Source: Pristiophorus japonicus (taxonomy: Eukaryota). Taken from it: a stretch of 64,000 nucleotides of DNA. Positions 34,946-46,963 of the stretch are shown piece after piece. Each line of letters begins with the position of its first letter. Positions within the stretch are counted from its first letter, which is position 1. Where the stretch lies: the NCBI RefSeq assembly GCF_044704955.1, contig NC_091984.1:146630001-146694000 (forward strand), read 5' to 3'. The notes beneath the pieces were generated by a model. That model was not told the origin of the DNA and searched no databases. It saw nothing but the letters and a program-made list of their open reading frames with translations. A program made the position numbers and the translations under genes.

Positions 34946-37900
34946 TAGAAACATAGAAACATAGAAAATAGGTGCAGAAGTAAGCCATTCGGCTCTTCGA
35001 GCCTGCACCATCATTCAATAAGATCATGGCTGATCATTCCCTCAGTACACCTTTCCTGCTTTCTCTCCATACCCCTTGATCCCTTTAGCCGAAAGGGCCA
35101 TATCTAACTCCTTCTTGAATATATCCAATGAACTGGCATCAACAACTCTCTGCGGGAGGGAATTCCACAGGTTAACAACTCTCTGAGTGAAGAAGTTTCT
35201 CCTCATCTCAGTCCTAAATGGCCTACCCCTTATCCTCAGACTGTGTCCCCTGGTTCTGGACTTCCCCATCATCGGGTTCATTCTTTCCGCATCTAACCTG
35301 TCCAGTCCCATCAGAATCTTATAGGTTTCTATGAGATACCCTCTCATCCTTCTAAACTCCAGTTTATAAATGCCCAGTTGATCCAGTCTCTCCCCATAAG
35401 TCAGTCTTGCCACCCCGTGAATCAGCCTGGTGAACCTTCGCTGCACTCCCTCAATAGCAAGAACTGCCTTCCTCAGATTAGGAGACCCAAACAGAACACA
35501 ATGTTCCAGGTGAGGCGTCACATAGGCCCTGTATAACTGCAGTAAGACCTCCCTGCTCCTATACACAAATCCCCTAGCTATGAAGGCCAACATACCATTT
35601 GCCTTCTTCACCGACTGCTGAACCTGCATGCCAACTTTCAATGACTGATGAAGCATGACACCCAGGTCTCGCTGCACCTCGCCCTTTCCTAATCTGCCGC
35701 CATTCAGATAATATTCTGCCTTCGTGTTTTTGCCCCCGAAGTGGATAACCTCACATTTATCCACATTATACTGCATCTGCCATGCATTTGCCCACTCACC
35801 TACCTGTCCAAATCACCCTGCAGCCTCTTAGCATCGTCCTCACAGCCCACACCACCACCCAGTTTAGTTTCATCTGCAAACTTGGAGATATTACACTCAA
35901 TTCCTTCATCTAAATCATTGATGTATATTGTAAAGAGCTGGGGTCCCAGCACTGAGCCCTGCGGCACCCCACTAGTCACTGCCTGCCATTTTGAAAAGGA
36001 CGCGTATATCCCGACTCTCTGCTTCCTGTCTGCCAACCAGTTCTCTCTCCACGTCAGTATATTATCCCAATACCATGTGCTTTGCTATTGCACACCAATC
36101 TCTTGTGTGGGACCTTGGCAAAAGCCTTTTGAAAGTCCAAATACACCATATCCACTGGTTCTCCCTTGTCCACTCTACTAGTTACATCCTCAAAAAATTC
36201 CAGAAGATTTGTCAAGCATGATTTCCCTTTCATAAATCCATGCTGACTTGGACCGATCCTGTCACTGCTTTCCAAATGCGCTGCTATTTCATCTTTATTA
36301 ATTGATTCCAACATTTTCCCCACTACTGATGTCAGGCTAACCGGTCTATAATTACCCATTTTCTCTCTCCCTGCATTTTTAAACAGTGGTGTTACATTAG
36401 CTACCCTCCAGTCCATAGGAACTGATCCAGAGTCAATAGACTGTTGGAAAATGATCATCAATGCATCCACTATTTCTAGGGCCACATCTTTAATACTCTG
36501 AGATGCAGACTATCAGGCCCCGGGGATTTATCGGCCTTCAATCCTATCAATTTCCCTAACACAATTTCCCACTTTATAAGGATATCCTTCAGTTCCTCCT
36601 TCTCACTAGATCGTCGGTTCCCTAGTATTTCCGGAAGGTTATTTGTGTCTTCCTTCGTGAAAACAGAACCAAAGTATTTGTTTAACTGGTCCGCCATTTC
36701 TTTGTTCCCCATTATAAATTCACCTGAATCTGACCGCAAGGGACTTACGTTTGTTTTCACTAATCTTTTTCTCTTCACATATCTATAAAAGCTTTTCCAG
36801 TCAGTTTTTATTTTCCCAGCAAGCTTCCTCTCATATTCTATTTTCCCCCTCCTAATTAAACCCTTTGTCCTCCTCTGCCGTATTGCAGAATTCTCCCAGC
36901 CCTCAGGTTTGCTGTCTTTTCTGGCCTATTTATATGCCTCTTCCTTGCATTTAACACTATCCTTAATTTCCCTTGTTCGCCACGGTTGAGCCGCCTTCCC
37001 CGTTTTATTTTTACTCCAGACAGGGATGTACAATTGTTGAAGTTCACCCCTGTGATCTTTAAATGTTTCCCATTGCCTATCCACCGTCCACCCTTTAAGT
37101 ATCATTTGCCAGTCTTTTCTAGCCAATTCACATCTCATACCATTGAAGTTACCTTTCCCCAAGTTCACGAACCTAGTCTCTGAATTAACTGTGTCACTCT
37201 CCATCTTAATAAAGAATTCTACCATATTATGGTCACTCTTCCCCAGGGGCCTCGCACAACAAGATTGTTAATTCGCCCTTTCTCATTACACATCACCCAG
37301 CCTAGGATGGCCAGCACTCTAGTTGGTTCTCGATATATTGGTCTAGAAAACCATCCCTAATACATTCCAGGACATCCTCCTCCACCGCATTGCTACCAGT
37401 TTGGTGAGCCCAGTCAATATGTAGATTGAAGTTGTCCATGATAACTGCTGTACCTTTATTGCACGCATCCCTAATTTCTTGTTTGATGCTGTCCCCATCC
37501 TCATTAGTACTGTTTGGTGGTCTGTGCACAACTCCCACTAACGTTTTCTGCCCTTTGGTATTCCGTATCTCCACCCATACAAATTCCACATCATCCAAGC
37601 TAATGTCCTTCCTTAATATTGTATTAATTTCCTCTTTAACCAGCAACACCACCACCTCCTTTTCCTTTCTGTCTATCCTTCCTAAATGTTGAATATCCCT
37701 GGATGTTGAGTTTCCAGCCTTGGTCACCCTGGAGTCATGTCTCCGTGATGCCAGTTACATCATATCCGTTAACTGCTATCTGCGCAATTAATTCTTCCAC
37801 CTTATTCCGAATACTCCTCGCATTGAGGCACAGAGTCTTCAGGCTTCTCTTTTTAACGCCCTTTGTCCCTTTAGGATTTTGCTGTAATGTGGCTCTTTTT

Positions 37901-39171
37901 GCTTTTTGCCTTGCTTTTCTCGGCCCTCCACTTTTACTTTTCTTCTTTCTATCTTTTGCTTCTGCAAACACTCCCCTTAGGACATTGGTTCCAGTCCTGC
38001 CCAGGTGCAGACCGTCCGGTTTGTACTGGTCCCATCTCCCCCAGAACCAGTTCCAGTGCCCCAGGAATTTGAATCCCTCCCTTCTGCACCACTCCTCAAG
38101 CCACGTATTCATCTGAGCTATCCTGCGATTCCTATTCTGACTAGCACGTGGCACTGGTAGAAATCCTGAGATTACTACTTTTTAATTTAGCTCCTAGCTC
38201 CCTAAATTCGTCTTGTCGGACCTCATCCTGTTTTTTACCTATATCGTTGGTACCTATATGCATCACGACAACTGGCTGTTTACACACACCCTTAAAAATG
38301 TCCTGCACCCGCTCCGAGACATCCTTGACCCTTGCACCAGGGAGGCAACATACCATCCTGGGGTCTCGGTTGCGGCCGCAGAAATGTCTGTCTATTCCCC
38401 TTACAATAGAATCCCCTATCACTATAGCTCTCCCACTCTTTTTCCTGCCCTCCTATGCAGCAGAGCCACCCACGGTCCCAAAGCGGTGTATCTGTTTTGC
38501 AGGGGGATGACCGCAGGGGATTCCTTCCACTGCTCTTCCTGTTGGCCACCCATCCCCTATCTGGCTGTGTAACCTTTACCTGCGGTAAGACCAACTCACG
38601 AAATGTGCTATGTATGACATCCTCAGCATTGCGCATGCTCCAGAGTGAATCCACCCGCAGCTCCCGTGCCGCAATTCGGTCTGTCAGGAGCTGCAGCCGG
38701 ATACACTTCCTGCATATGTAGTCATCAGGGACACTGGAAGTGTTCCTGACTTCCCACATAGTACAGGAGGAGCATAACACGTGTCCGAGCTCTCCTGCCA
38801 TGACTTAAACTCTAGATTAACTTAATTTGGCAACAATAATGCTAAAGATTATTTTCTGATAAAGAAAAGAAAAAGAAAAAATGATTGACCAATCACTTAC
38901 CCCCTTGGCTGTGACGTCACCTTCGATTTCTTTCTACTTCTTTTTTGCTTTCTCTCCCTGCTGCAGCTGCACCAGCTGGGCCTTTATAGGCCGCTCCGAC
39001 GTCCCCGAACCTCTTGCTGTCATGTCTCACTTCGTTTTCTTTTTCTCCCAGGTCGGGGAGTCAGCACTGGTGGGGGAAACAAGACAAAGCGACGCTTCCC
39101 GCTCCCACTTGCCCGAACTCACCCACTTACCAAACTCTTACCTTTGCACTCTGACCTGCCGCAGCACCCCA
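34946..39171 (-). mobile_element. Near full-length CR1 LINE, decayed, inserted in the 3' UTR of another CR1
   Basis: ORF1 CSSC..C..C plus esterase, APE and RT ORFs; TSD ACCCA at 34941-34945 and 39172-39176. Confidence 0.92.
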
Positions 39172-39554
39172 ACCCAGAGCTGGAAAGTGGAATAAGGCTG
39201 AGTAGATCTTTGTTGGCCGGCGTGGACACAATGGGCCGAAATGGTCTCCTTCAGTGCTGTAAATTTCTGTGATTCTATGATCGTGCTGGTGGTGTTGACC
39301 ACTTCAAAAGTCGCAGCATACATTTTATTGAAGCTATTTCCATCCCCGGTTTCCCCATTGCCAATAATTGGATCAATCGATGCTGTAGCGCCCCCTTGTG
39401 GTATATCTATATGGGCTCCACCCAAATCCCTGTTTTCAACCCTTGAACCCACATTGCCTACGCTAGCTGGAGCCCCGCTCCTTAATCACAGCATCTCACA
39501 GCACAGAGAGAGGCCATTCAGCCCATCAAACCTGTGCTGGCTCTTTGAAAGAGC

Positions 39555-39712
39555 TGTGGACTACTATGTCCAGGACTAAAGATCCAGAGACACGAGTTCA
39601 AATTCCACCACGGCAGCTGGGGAATTTAAATTCATTTAATTAAATAAATCTGGAATAAAAAGCTAGTGTCAGTGATGGTGACCATGAAAATGCCGGATTG
39701 TCGCAAAAAACG
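39555..39712 (+). mobile_element. tRNA-derived SINE fragment
   Basis: B-box-like GAGTTCAAATTCC followed by an AT-rich body recalled as typical of shark SINE2 elements. Confidence 0.5.
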
Positions 39713-42700
39713 ATCTACCTGGCCTGCTACCTTCAGGGATCTGTTGACATGCATACCAAGGTCCCGTTGTTCCACAAAACTCCTCAGTGTCCCACAATTT
39801 AATATGTATTCCCTTGTCTTGTTATCATTCCCCAAAAACATTAACTCACACTTCTCTGGATTAAATTCCATTTGTAAATGTTCTGCCCACCTGACCATTT
39901 CATTGATATCTTCCTGCAGTCTACAGCTTTCTTCTAAATTATAAACAACACAGCCGATTTTAGAATCGTCTGCAAACTTCTTAATCATACCCCCTGCATT
40001 CAAGTCTAAATCATTGATATATACCACAAAAAGCAAGGGACCTAGTACTGAGCCCTGCGGAACCCCACTGGAAACAGTTTCTCGTCACAAAAACACCCAT
40101 CGACCATTACCCTTTGTTTATTGCCTCTGAGCCAATTTTGGATCCAACTTTCCACTTTGCCCTGGATCCCATGGGCTTTTACTTTCGTGACCAGTCTGCA
40201 CTGTGGGACCTTATCAAAAGTCTTGCTAAAATCCATATACACGACATCATACTCACTGCCCTCATCGATCCTCCTTATTACTTCCTCGATTAATTCAATT
40301 CACAAATCCATGCTGATGGTCCTTGATTAATCCGTCTATCGAAATGAAGATTATCCTGTCTCTCAGGATTTTTTCCAATAATTTTCCCACCATGAGGTTA
40401 GGCTGACTGGCCTGTAATTACTCGGTCTATCCCTTTCTCACTTTTAAACAAAGGTACAACATTAGTAGCCCTCCATTCATCTGGCACCAGACCTGTAGCC
40501 AGAGTGGATTGGAAAATGTTGGTCAGAGCCTCTGTTATTTCCTCTTTTGATTCTCTTAACAGCCTGGAATACATTTTATCCGGGCCTGGGGATTTATCCA
40601 CATTCAAAGCTGCTAAGCCCCTTAATACTTCCTCTCTCACTATGTTTATTTCATCTAATATTTCACACTCCTCCTCCCTGATTGCAATGTCTGCATCGCC
40701 CCTCTCTTTTGTGAAAAGAGACGCAAATGTATTCATTAAGAACCATTTCCACATCTTATGCCGCATCACACAGATTACCTTTATGGTCTCTAATAGGCCC
40801 GACACGATCTTTAATTATCCTCTTGCTCTTAATGTATTTATAAAACAGCTTTGTGTTTTCCTTGATTTTACTTGCCAAAATGTTTTCATGCTCTCTCTTT
40901 GCTTTCCTAATTTCCTTTTTAATTGCACCCCTGCACTTTCTATACTCCTCTAAAGTTCCTGCAGTATTGAACCCTCGGTATCTGTCATAAGCCTCCCTTT
41001 TTTACTTTATCCTACACTGTATTTCCCTTGGCATCCAGGGCCTCTAAATTTGTTAGTCCCACCCTTTTTCTTTAAGGGAACAGACTTACTCTGAAACCAC
41101 AGGATTTCCTCCTTGAATGCCTCCCACTGCTCTGACACTAATTTACCTTCAAGTAGCCATTTCCAGCCCACTTTGGCTAAATCACATCTCAGCTCAGCAA
41201 AATTGGCTTTTCCCCAATTGAGAACTTTTATTCCGGTCTATCTTTGTCCTTTTCCATAACTATCCTAAATCGATCTGAATTCTGATCACTGGCACCAAAA
41301 TGCTCTCCCACTGAAGCCCCTTCCACCTACCCCTCTTCATTCCCCAAAACCAAGTCCAGAACCGTCCCCTCCCTTGTTGGGCTTGTTACACACTGGCTAA
41401 AAATGTTCTCCTGAATGCATTTTAGGAATTCCGCACCCTCTATACCTTTCACACTAATTTTATCCCAGTTAATATTCGGTTATTTGAAATCCCCTACTAT
41501 TGCTGCCCTACAGTTTTTGCACTTGTCAGAAATGTGCCTTCATATTTGCTCTTCTATCTCCCTCTGATGGGATGAGGTCCTACAGGCAGAGTTTAGGGAG
41601 CTAGGTGAGAGATTAAAAAGCAAGACCTCAAAGGTAGTAATCTCCGGATTACTCCCGGTGCCACGTGCTAGTGAGTACAGAAATAGGAGGATAGAGCAGA
41701 TGAATGCGTGGCTGGAGAGATGGCGCAGGAGGGAGGGCTTTAGTGTCCTGAGGCATTGGGATTGTTTCTGTGGGAGGTGGGACCTGTACAAGCCGGACAG
41801 GTTGCACCTCAACAGAGCCGGGACCAATATCCTCGCGGCGGGGTTTGCTAGTGCTGTTGGGGAGGGTTTAAGCTAGCTTTGTAGGGGGATGGGAACTGGA
41901 GAATAGATTCAGTGGGGAGAGAAGCAAAGCTGGAATTGGAAAGCAGAAAAGTAGAAAGTGAATCTGGAAGACAAAGGAAACAAAGTCGAGAAAATAGATA
42001 GCAAGGCAGTTTGGCAGAGCTAAATGGTATATACTTCAATGCAAGGAGTATAGGTAAATGGGCTTGTTACATACTGGCTAAAAAAAGTTCTCCTGAATGC
42101 ATCTTAGGAATTCCACACCCTCGATACCTTTCACACTAATTTTATCCCAGTTAATATCAGGGTAGTTGAAATCCCCTACTATTACTGCCCTATAGATTTT
42201 GCACTTGTCAGAAATGTGCCTGCATATTTGCTCTTCTCTCTCCCTCTGACTGTTTCGGGGTCTATAGTACACTCCCAGCAGTGTGATTACCCTTTTTTCA
42301 TTCTTCAATTCGATCCATATGGCCTCATTTGATGATCTTTCCGACATATCATCCCTCCTCACAGCTGTAATTGTTTCTTTCAATTGTTTCAGAAATGTTT
42401 CAGAGATTACTACCTTTGAGCTCTTGCTTTTTAATCTCTCTCCCAACCCCCTAAACTCTGCCTGTAGGACCTCATCCCTCCTTCTACCTATGTCATTGGT
42501 ATTGATATGGACCACAACCTCTGGTTGTTCACCCTCCCCCCTCAGAATGTATTGCAGCCACTCAGTGACATCCGTGACCCTGGCACCAGGCAGGCAACAT
42601 ACCATCCTGGAGTCACGTCTGTGGCCGCAGAAATGCCTGTCTGTTCCTCTAACTATTGAATCCCCTACCACTATTGCTCTTCCACTCTTCTTCCTCCCCC

Positions 42701-43130
42701 CTGTGCAGCTGAGCCACCCGTGGTGCCGTGGACTTGGCTCTGGCTGCACTTCCTAGAGGCACCATCGCCCCCACCAGTACTCAGAACAGAATATTGGTTG
42801 GAGAGCAAGCTGGAATCAGGGAACTCCTGCTCTACCTACCTGGACCTCCTCTTCTGTCTGGTGGTCACCCATTCCCTCTCTGCCTGCACACTCTTAAGCT
42901 GCGAGGTGGCCACCTCTAGAAACGTGCTATCCACGAAGTTCTCAGCCTCGCGGATGCACCGCAGTGACTCCAGCCGCCGCTCAATCTCTGAAACGCGGAG
43001 CTCGAGTTGCTGTAGCTGGTGACACTTCCTGCACATGTGGTCGTCCAGGCCACGAGAAGTGTCCAGGACTTTCCACGTGGCACAGGATGTGCTCTCCACG
43101 GGACAGAACTGCCCTGCCATGCCTCTATTT
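39712..43130 (-). mobile_element. Decayed CR1 (ORF1 to RT) with an internal inverted segment at ~41570-42060
   Basis: Minus ORFs 39632, 40042, 40398, 42078 and 42836; + strand esterase ORF 41658..41876. Confidence 0.85.
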
Positions 43131-43284
43131 AATAAACTGAGAACTAACTTCGTAGAAATAAATTAAAAATAAAATAAAGCAAATAACTGCCTGGCCGACA
43201 TCATTCAGGCCATAATTTCTGGATTTATTCACCCGACTGAGGGCGAACACTCTTGATGGGCCATTAATGGGCCTTAAGTTTTCA

Positions 43285-44176
43285 GCTCAGTCAGCTGTGG
43301 CTCAATGGGCAGCACACTCACTTCTGAGTCTGAAGGTTGTGGGTTCAAGTCCCACTCTAGAGACTAAGCTCAAATATCTTGACTGATTGTCCCAGTGCAG
43401 AGCTGAGGGAGTGCTGCACTGTTGGAGGGGCCATCTTTCAGACGAGACATTAAACTGAGCCCAGGTGGGTGTGAATGATCCCGTGCCACTATTTTGAAGA
43501 AGAGCAGGGGAGTTCTCCCCGGTGTCCTGGCCAATATTTATCCCTCAATCAACATCACAGAAACAGATTGGGGACAAAATTCCCCCGCCGGGGGCGCTAA
43601 CGGGGTGTGACAGTGTTTTCCCCCAGGGGTGGGGGGTATACCGGCTCCCGCGGGATTTAGCAGAGACGCAAAATGGAAAGTGTCCCGTGAGCCGTGTCCG
43701 TGCCAGGTCTGAGGGTCACGAACCGGGCGGCACTTCGCTCGCGGGGTGAAGCTTACCGCGAGGTGCGTGCCGCCGCGCCCCGCCATTTGTTTTTGCCGAC
43801 TTACCGGTCGGGCCTTTCTGTGCCGATGTGGCGGGGTCGGTGCCGCGATGGTGCAGCCCGACACTCGCCCCCGAGCCCACCCCCAGGGGAAGTGCAGTGC
43901 ACCACATTGCGCTGCACTTCCTGTCAGGGGCCGTGACCCCAATTTCGCTACCAGGCGGGAATTGGGCGTGGGAAAAGTTACCGCCCCAACCGGGGCGATA
44001 CGCAATTTGGGCCCATTTTCTGGTCATAGTCACATGTGGGAGCTTGCTGTGCACAAACTGTCTGTCATGTCTCCTCCATTACCGCAGTGACTACACTTCA
44101 AAAGTACTTCGTTGGCTGTAAAGCGCTTTCGGACATTCTGAGGTGGTGAAAGGCGCTATATAAATGCAATTCTTTC
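43285..44176 (+). mobile_element. Full tRNA-head Deu-domain SINE interrupted by a MITE
   Basis: A/B-box head (GTGGCTCAATGG...GGTTCAAGTCCC), Deu core, L2-like tail. Confidence 0.78.
43570..44014. mobile_element. GC/CpG-rich Harbinger-like MITE (445 bp)
   Basis: Imperfect TIRs GGGGACAAAATT / AATTTGGGCCC; ATT duplicated at 43567-43569 and 44015-44017; the SINE is restored on removal. Confidence 0.7.
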
Positions 44177-45612
44177 ATTCGAATTCAGCTCTACATCTTT
44201 GAATCCCAAACCCGCGGACAGTGACGGACAGGTAAAGACCCTGTGGTCCATTCAGCCCGTCCCATACAATTGTGATACCTTGTGTATCACAGTATCGACT
44301 CTCCACCCCACCCAAAACTACCTGATCTCCTGGGAGAGGCGAAAAACCAGGTAAAAAACCCATTGGGGGAAATAAATCTGGGAAACTCCTCTCCGACCCC
44401 CACCCCGCCCCCGCTCCCCAGGCGATGGAAACTAGTCCAGGAGGTCACTGTGGCCCTGAATTCCCTGCAGTAACTACCTTCTGTAAGTGGTGATCTCCGC
44501 ACCGGCCACAAACAGGTCCTGCTCTCGCTTATGTACAGCTCATGGATTTAAAATTACAAGCTTTCCCCACAGTGTCAAGTGCTGCAAATACTGTGTTACA
44601 TTATCAGGGTTATATTCTCGCTGTCTGTCATTGTCACAACACTCGCTATATAAATGCAAGTTGTTGTTGTGTTCAGGGAAAGCTGTATCTGGCTCAGGCT
44701 TCTTATCCATCTCCCCTTCCCTTCCCCCTCCATTGGGGGCCGTGCCTTCATCTGCCTGGGCCCTAACTCCCTGCTCCCTGAACCTCTCTGCCACTCCACC
44801 CCTCTCCTCTTTTAAGACCTCCCTTCAAACCCAATCTGTGACTGAAGGTTTTGATCACCCTCCCAGCTCCTCCTCCTTTGGCTCAGCACCACTTTGACCA
44901 GATTACGCCTCTGTCAGCTGCCTCGGGATGTTGTTCTAATGTTCCAGTTGCTGTAGCAATGCAGGTTGTTGCTGCTGCACCTGGTGGCAGAGCGTCTCTG
45001 TGTGGATATACCCTGTGCACCGAGCTCCATGGTGAGGCCTCCCACAGTGGAATGGCCTGCCGATGCTTGCTGCAGTGCGGAGTGGCTGCTGACCCGCCAA
45101 TCGGTCTGAGACACCGCCTCACGAGCGGACGAGGAGATACACGCTGAGATCCACCATCAAATGACACGTGGGGAACTGGAAATGATTCTGCAAACCTGAC
45201 TGGAGGTTTGGTACAAACGGGTTTTACAAACTAATCAATTGAGTGACACAGAAATTGTCCAAAAATTTGGTCTTTTCAGAACCAACATCGCCCCCTTTTG
45301 GTATGAAGACAGCACTGCCAATTTCTCTCACAATTTGACTGAGCTGCAATTTTCAATGTCTCCTTACGTGGCTCGCTGTCAATCTTTATTCTATAACGCT
45401 CCTGTGAAGTGCTCGGGGAGTTTTACTGTGTTAAAGGTGCTGTATAAAAGTTGCTGTTGTTGTTTGTTCTGAGTTCGCTGTTCGAACGGAGGTCGGGATA
45501 TGACTCACAGCTCAGACTGTGCGGCATCCAGTGATGCAATGTTGTATCGTGGGTTCAAGCCCCACTCCAGGGACCTGAGTGTAAAATAAAGACATACACT
45601 ACTGTGCAGTCC

Positions 45613-45850
45613 TGAGGGAGTGCTGCACTGTCAGTGGGGCAGTACGGAGGGAGTGCTGCACTGTCGGAGGGGCAGTACTGAGGGAGTGTTGCACTGTCGG
45701 AGGGGCAGGACTGAGGGAGTGCTGCACTGTCAGAGAGGCAGTACTGAGGGAGTGCTGCACTTTCAGAGGGGCAGTACTGAGGGAGTGTTGCACTTTCGGA
45801 GGGGCAGGACTGATGGAGTGCTACACTGTCAGAGGGGCAGTATTGAGGGG
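45613..45850. repeat. 33-bp satellite, ~7 copies, derived from the SINE body (GAGGGAGTGCTGCACTGTCGGAGGGGCAGTACT)
   Basis: Follows a SINE head at ~45552; the same motif occurs once in the SINEs at 18515 and 43405. Confidence 0.9.
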
Positions 45851-45855
45851 ATACC

Positions 45856-46963
45856 TGTAGATGTTTTTCTCGGGCGTACCTAATATGCACCTCCTACTGC
45901 TAGTTCTGGACGATACGGGTAATATGGACAGATCCAACTCGGACACATGTTTTTCAGGCTCAACTGTATTGTGTTTAATAAGATTAACATAAACAGTGCA
46001 AAACAACCCTGGCCTGTCCAATAAGCCCTGCCGTGAGAAGTTACCACGGCTTAATAAAAGAACCCTCCCGTGAAATAAACTAACACAGGACCCCTCCAGC
46101 ACTAAAGCCCTTGGGTTTGGTTGGGACTTACAATCACCCCCTCACACAGCTAAGTGGTCTTGTGGATGTGTAGGCGCAGGCAATATGCTCACCCTGATTG
46201 CCCGTTGTCTTGCTTGTAGCTTCTTCCTGAACGTCTCGCTCCTGGGCTTTTTCCTGGGCTTTTTCCTGGGCTTTTTCCTGAGCTTTTTTCCTGAGCTTTT
46301 TCCTGGGATTTTTCCTGAGCTTTTTTCCTGAGCTTTTTCCTGGGATTTTTCCTGGGCTTTTTCCGGAGCTTTCTTCCTCCTGAGCTGGAGCTTGTTGCAA
46401 ACCGGCTCCTTATATCCCCAAAACCCATCTCCTTTCCTCCCACCAATACTGACCAATGGATTGACTCCGGTGATCTGTCTGGGCCCCCTCCGCCCGTAGC
46501 CTTTGAAATCTTTGTGAAAAATGATATTTTGTTTTCCCGCTCCCAGGCCTTGCATCTGGAGAGACAATGAGTGCTGATTACTGGATGTCTGCCGTTTCCT
46601 GAGTTGATGGCCCCCATTAGCAGGTAATGGGTTTCGATCACAAACCGATCTTGCTTAACCGGCTTATCTCCTGGAAGACAATGGGCCAGCCATTTCCTGC
46701 CTTGCACCAGTTTGGGTTGGGACTGAGTCGTGACTGTGCTTTAATAATGCGAAGGCACAGTGTCTCTGAGTTACCTCTCGGGGTATTGTTCCCAGTAATC
46801 ACTTTAGATGGTGATGACATCAATGGGCCTGGGTTCCCTGCCACCCAGCCTGTCAGTGTGAAATGTCCGGTTGTATATGAATGCACCTCAGTTCTTTCTT
46901 GGGGATTTGGATTTAAGGATTTAAAGTATTGTTGATAGAAATGGCCAGAAAGCTGGTGCTACA
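45856..46963 (-). mobile_element. Solo LTR (~1.1 kb) with an internal ~12-bp repeat
   Basis: TGTAG...CTACA termini; 5-bp flanks ATACC/ATTCC; minus-strand TATAA at ~46412 and ATTAAA at ~45975; (CCTGAGCTTTTT)n at 46240-46385. Confidence 0.72.

Noticed and set aside
43285-43360. tRNA gene
   Set aside because: It is the tRNA-derived head of a SINE and continues into the Deu core.
44528-44567. Second J segment next to the orphan RSS
   Set aside because: No FGxG motif, near-random identity to the real J, and no GT donor at the expected position.
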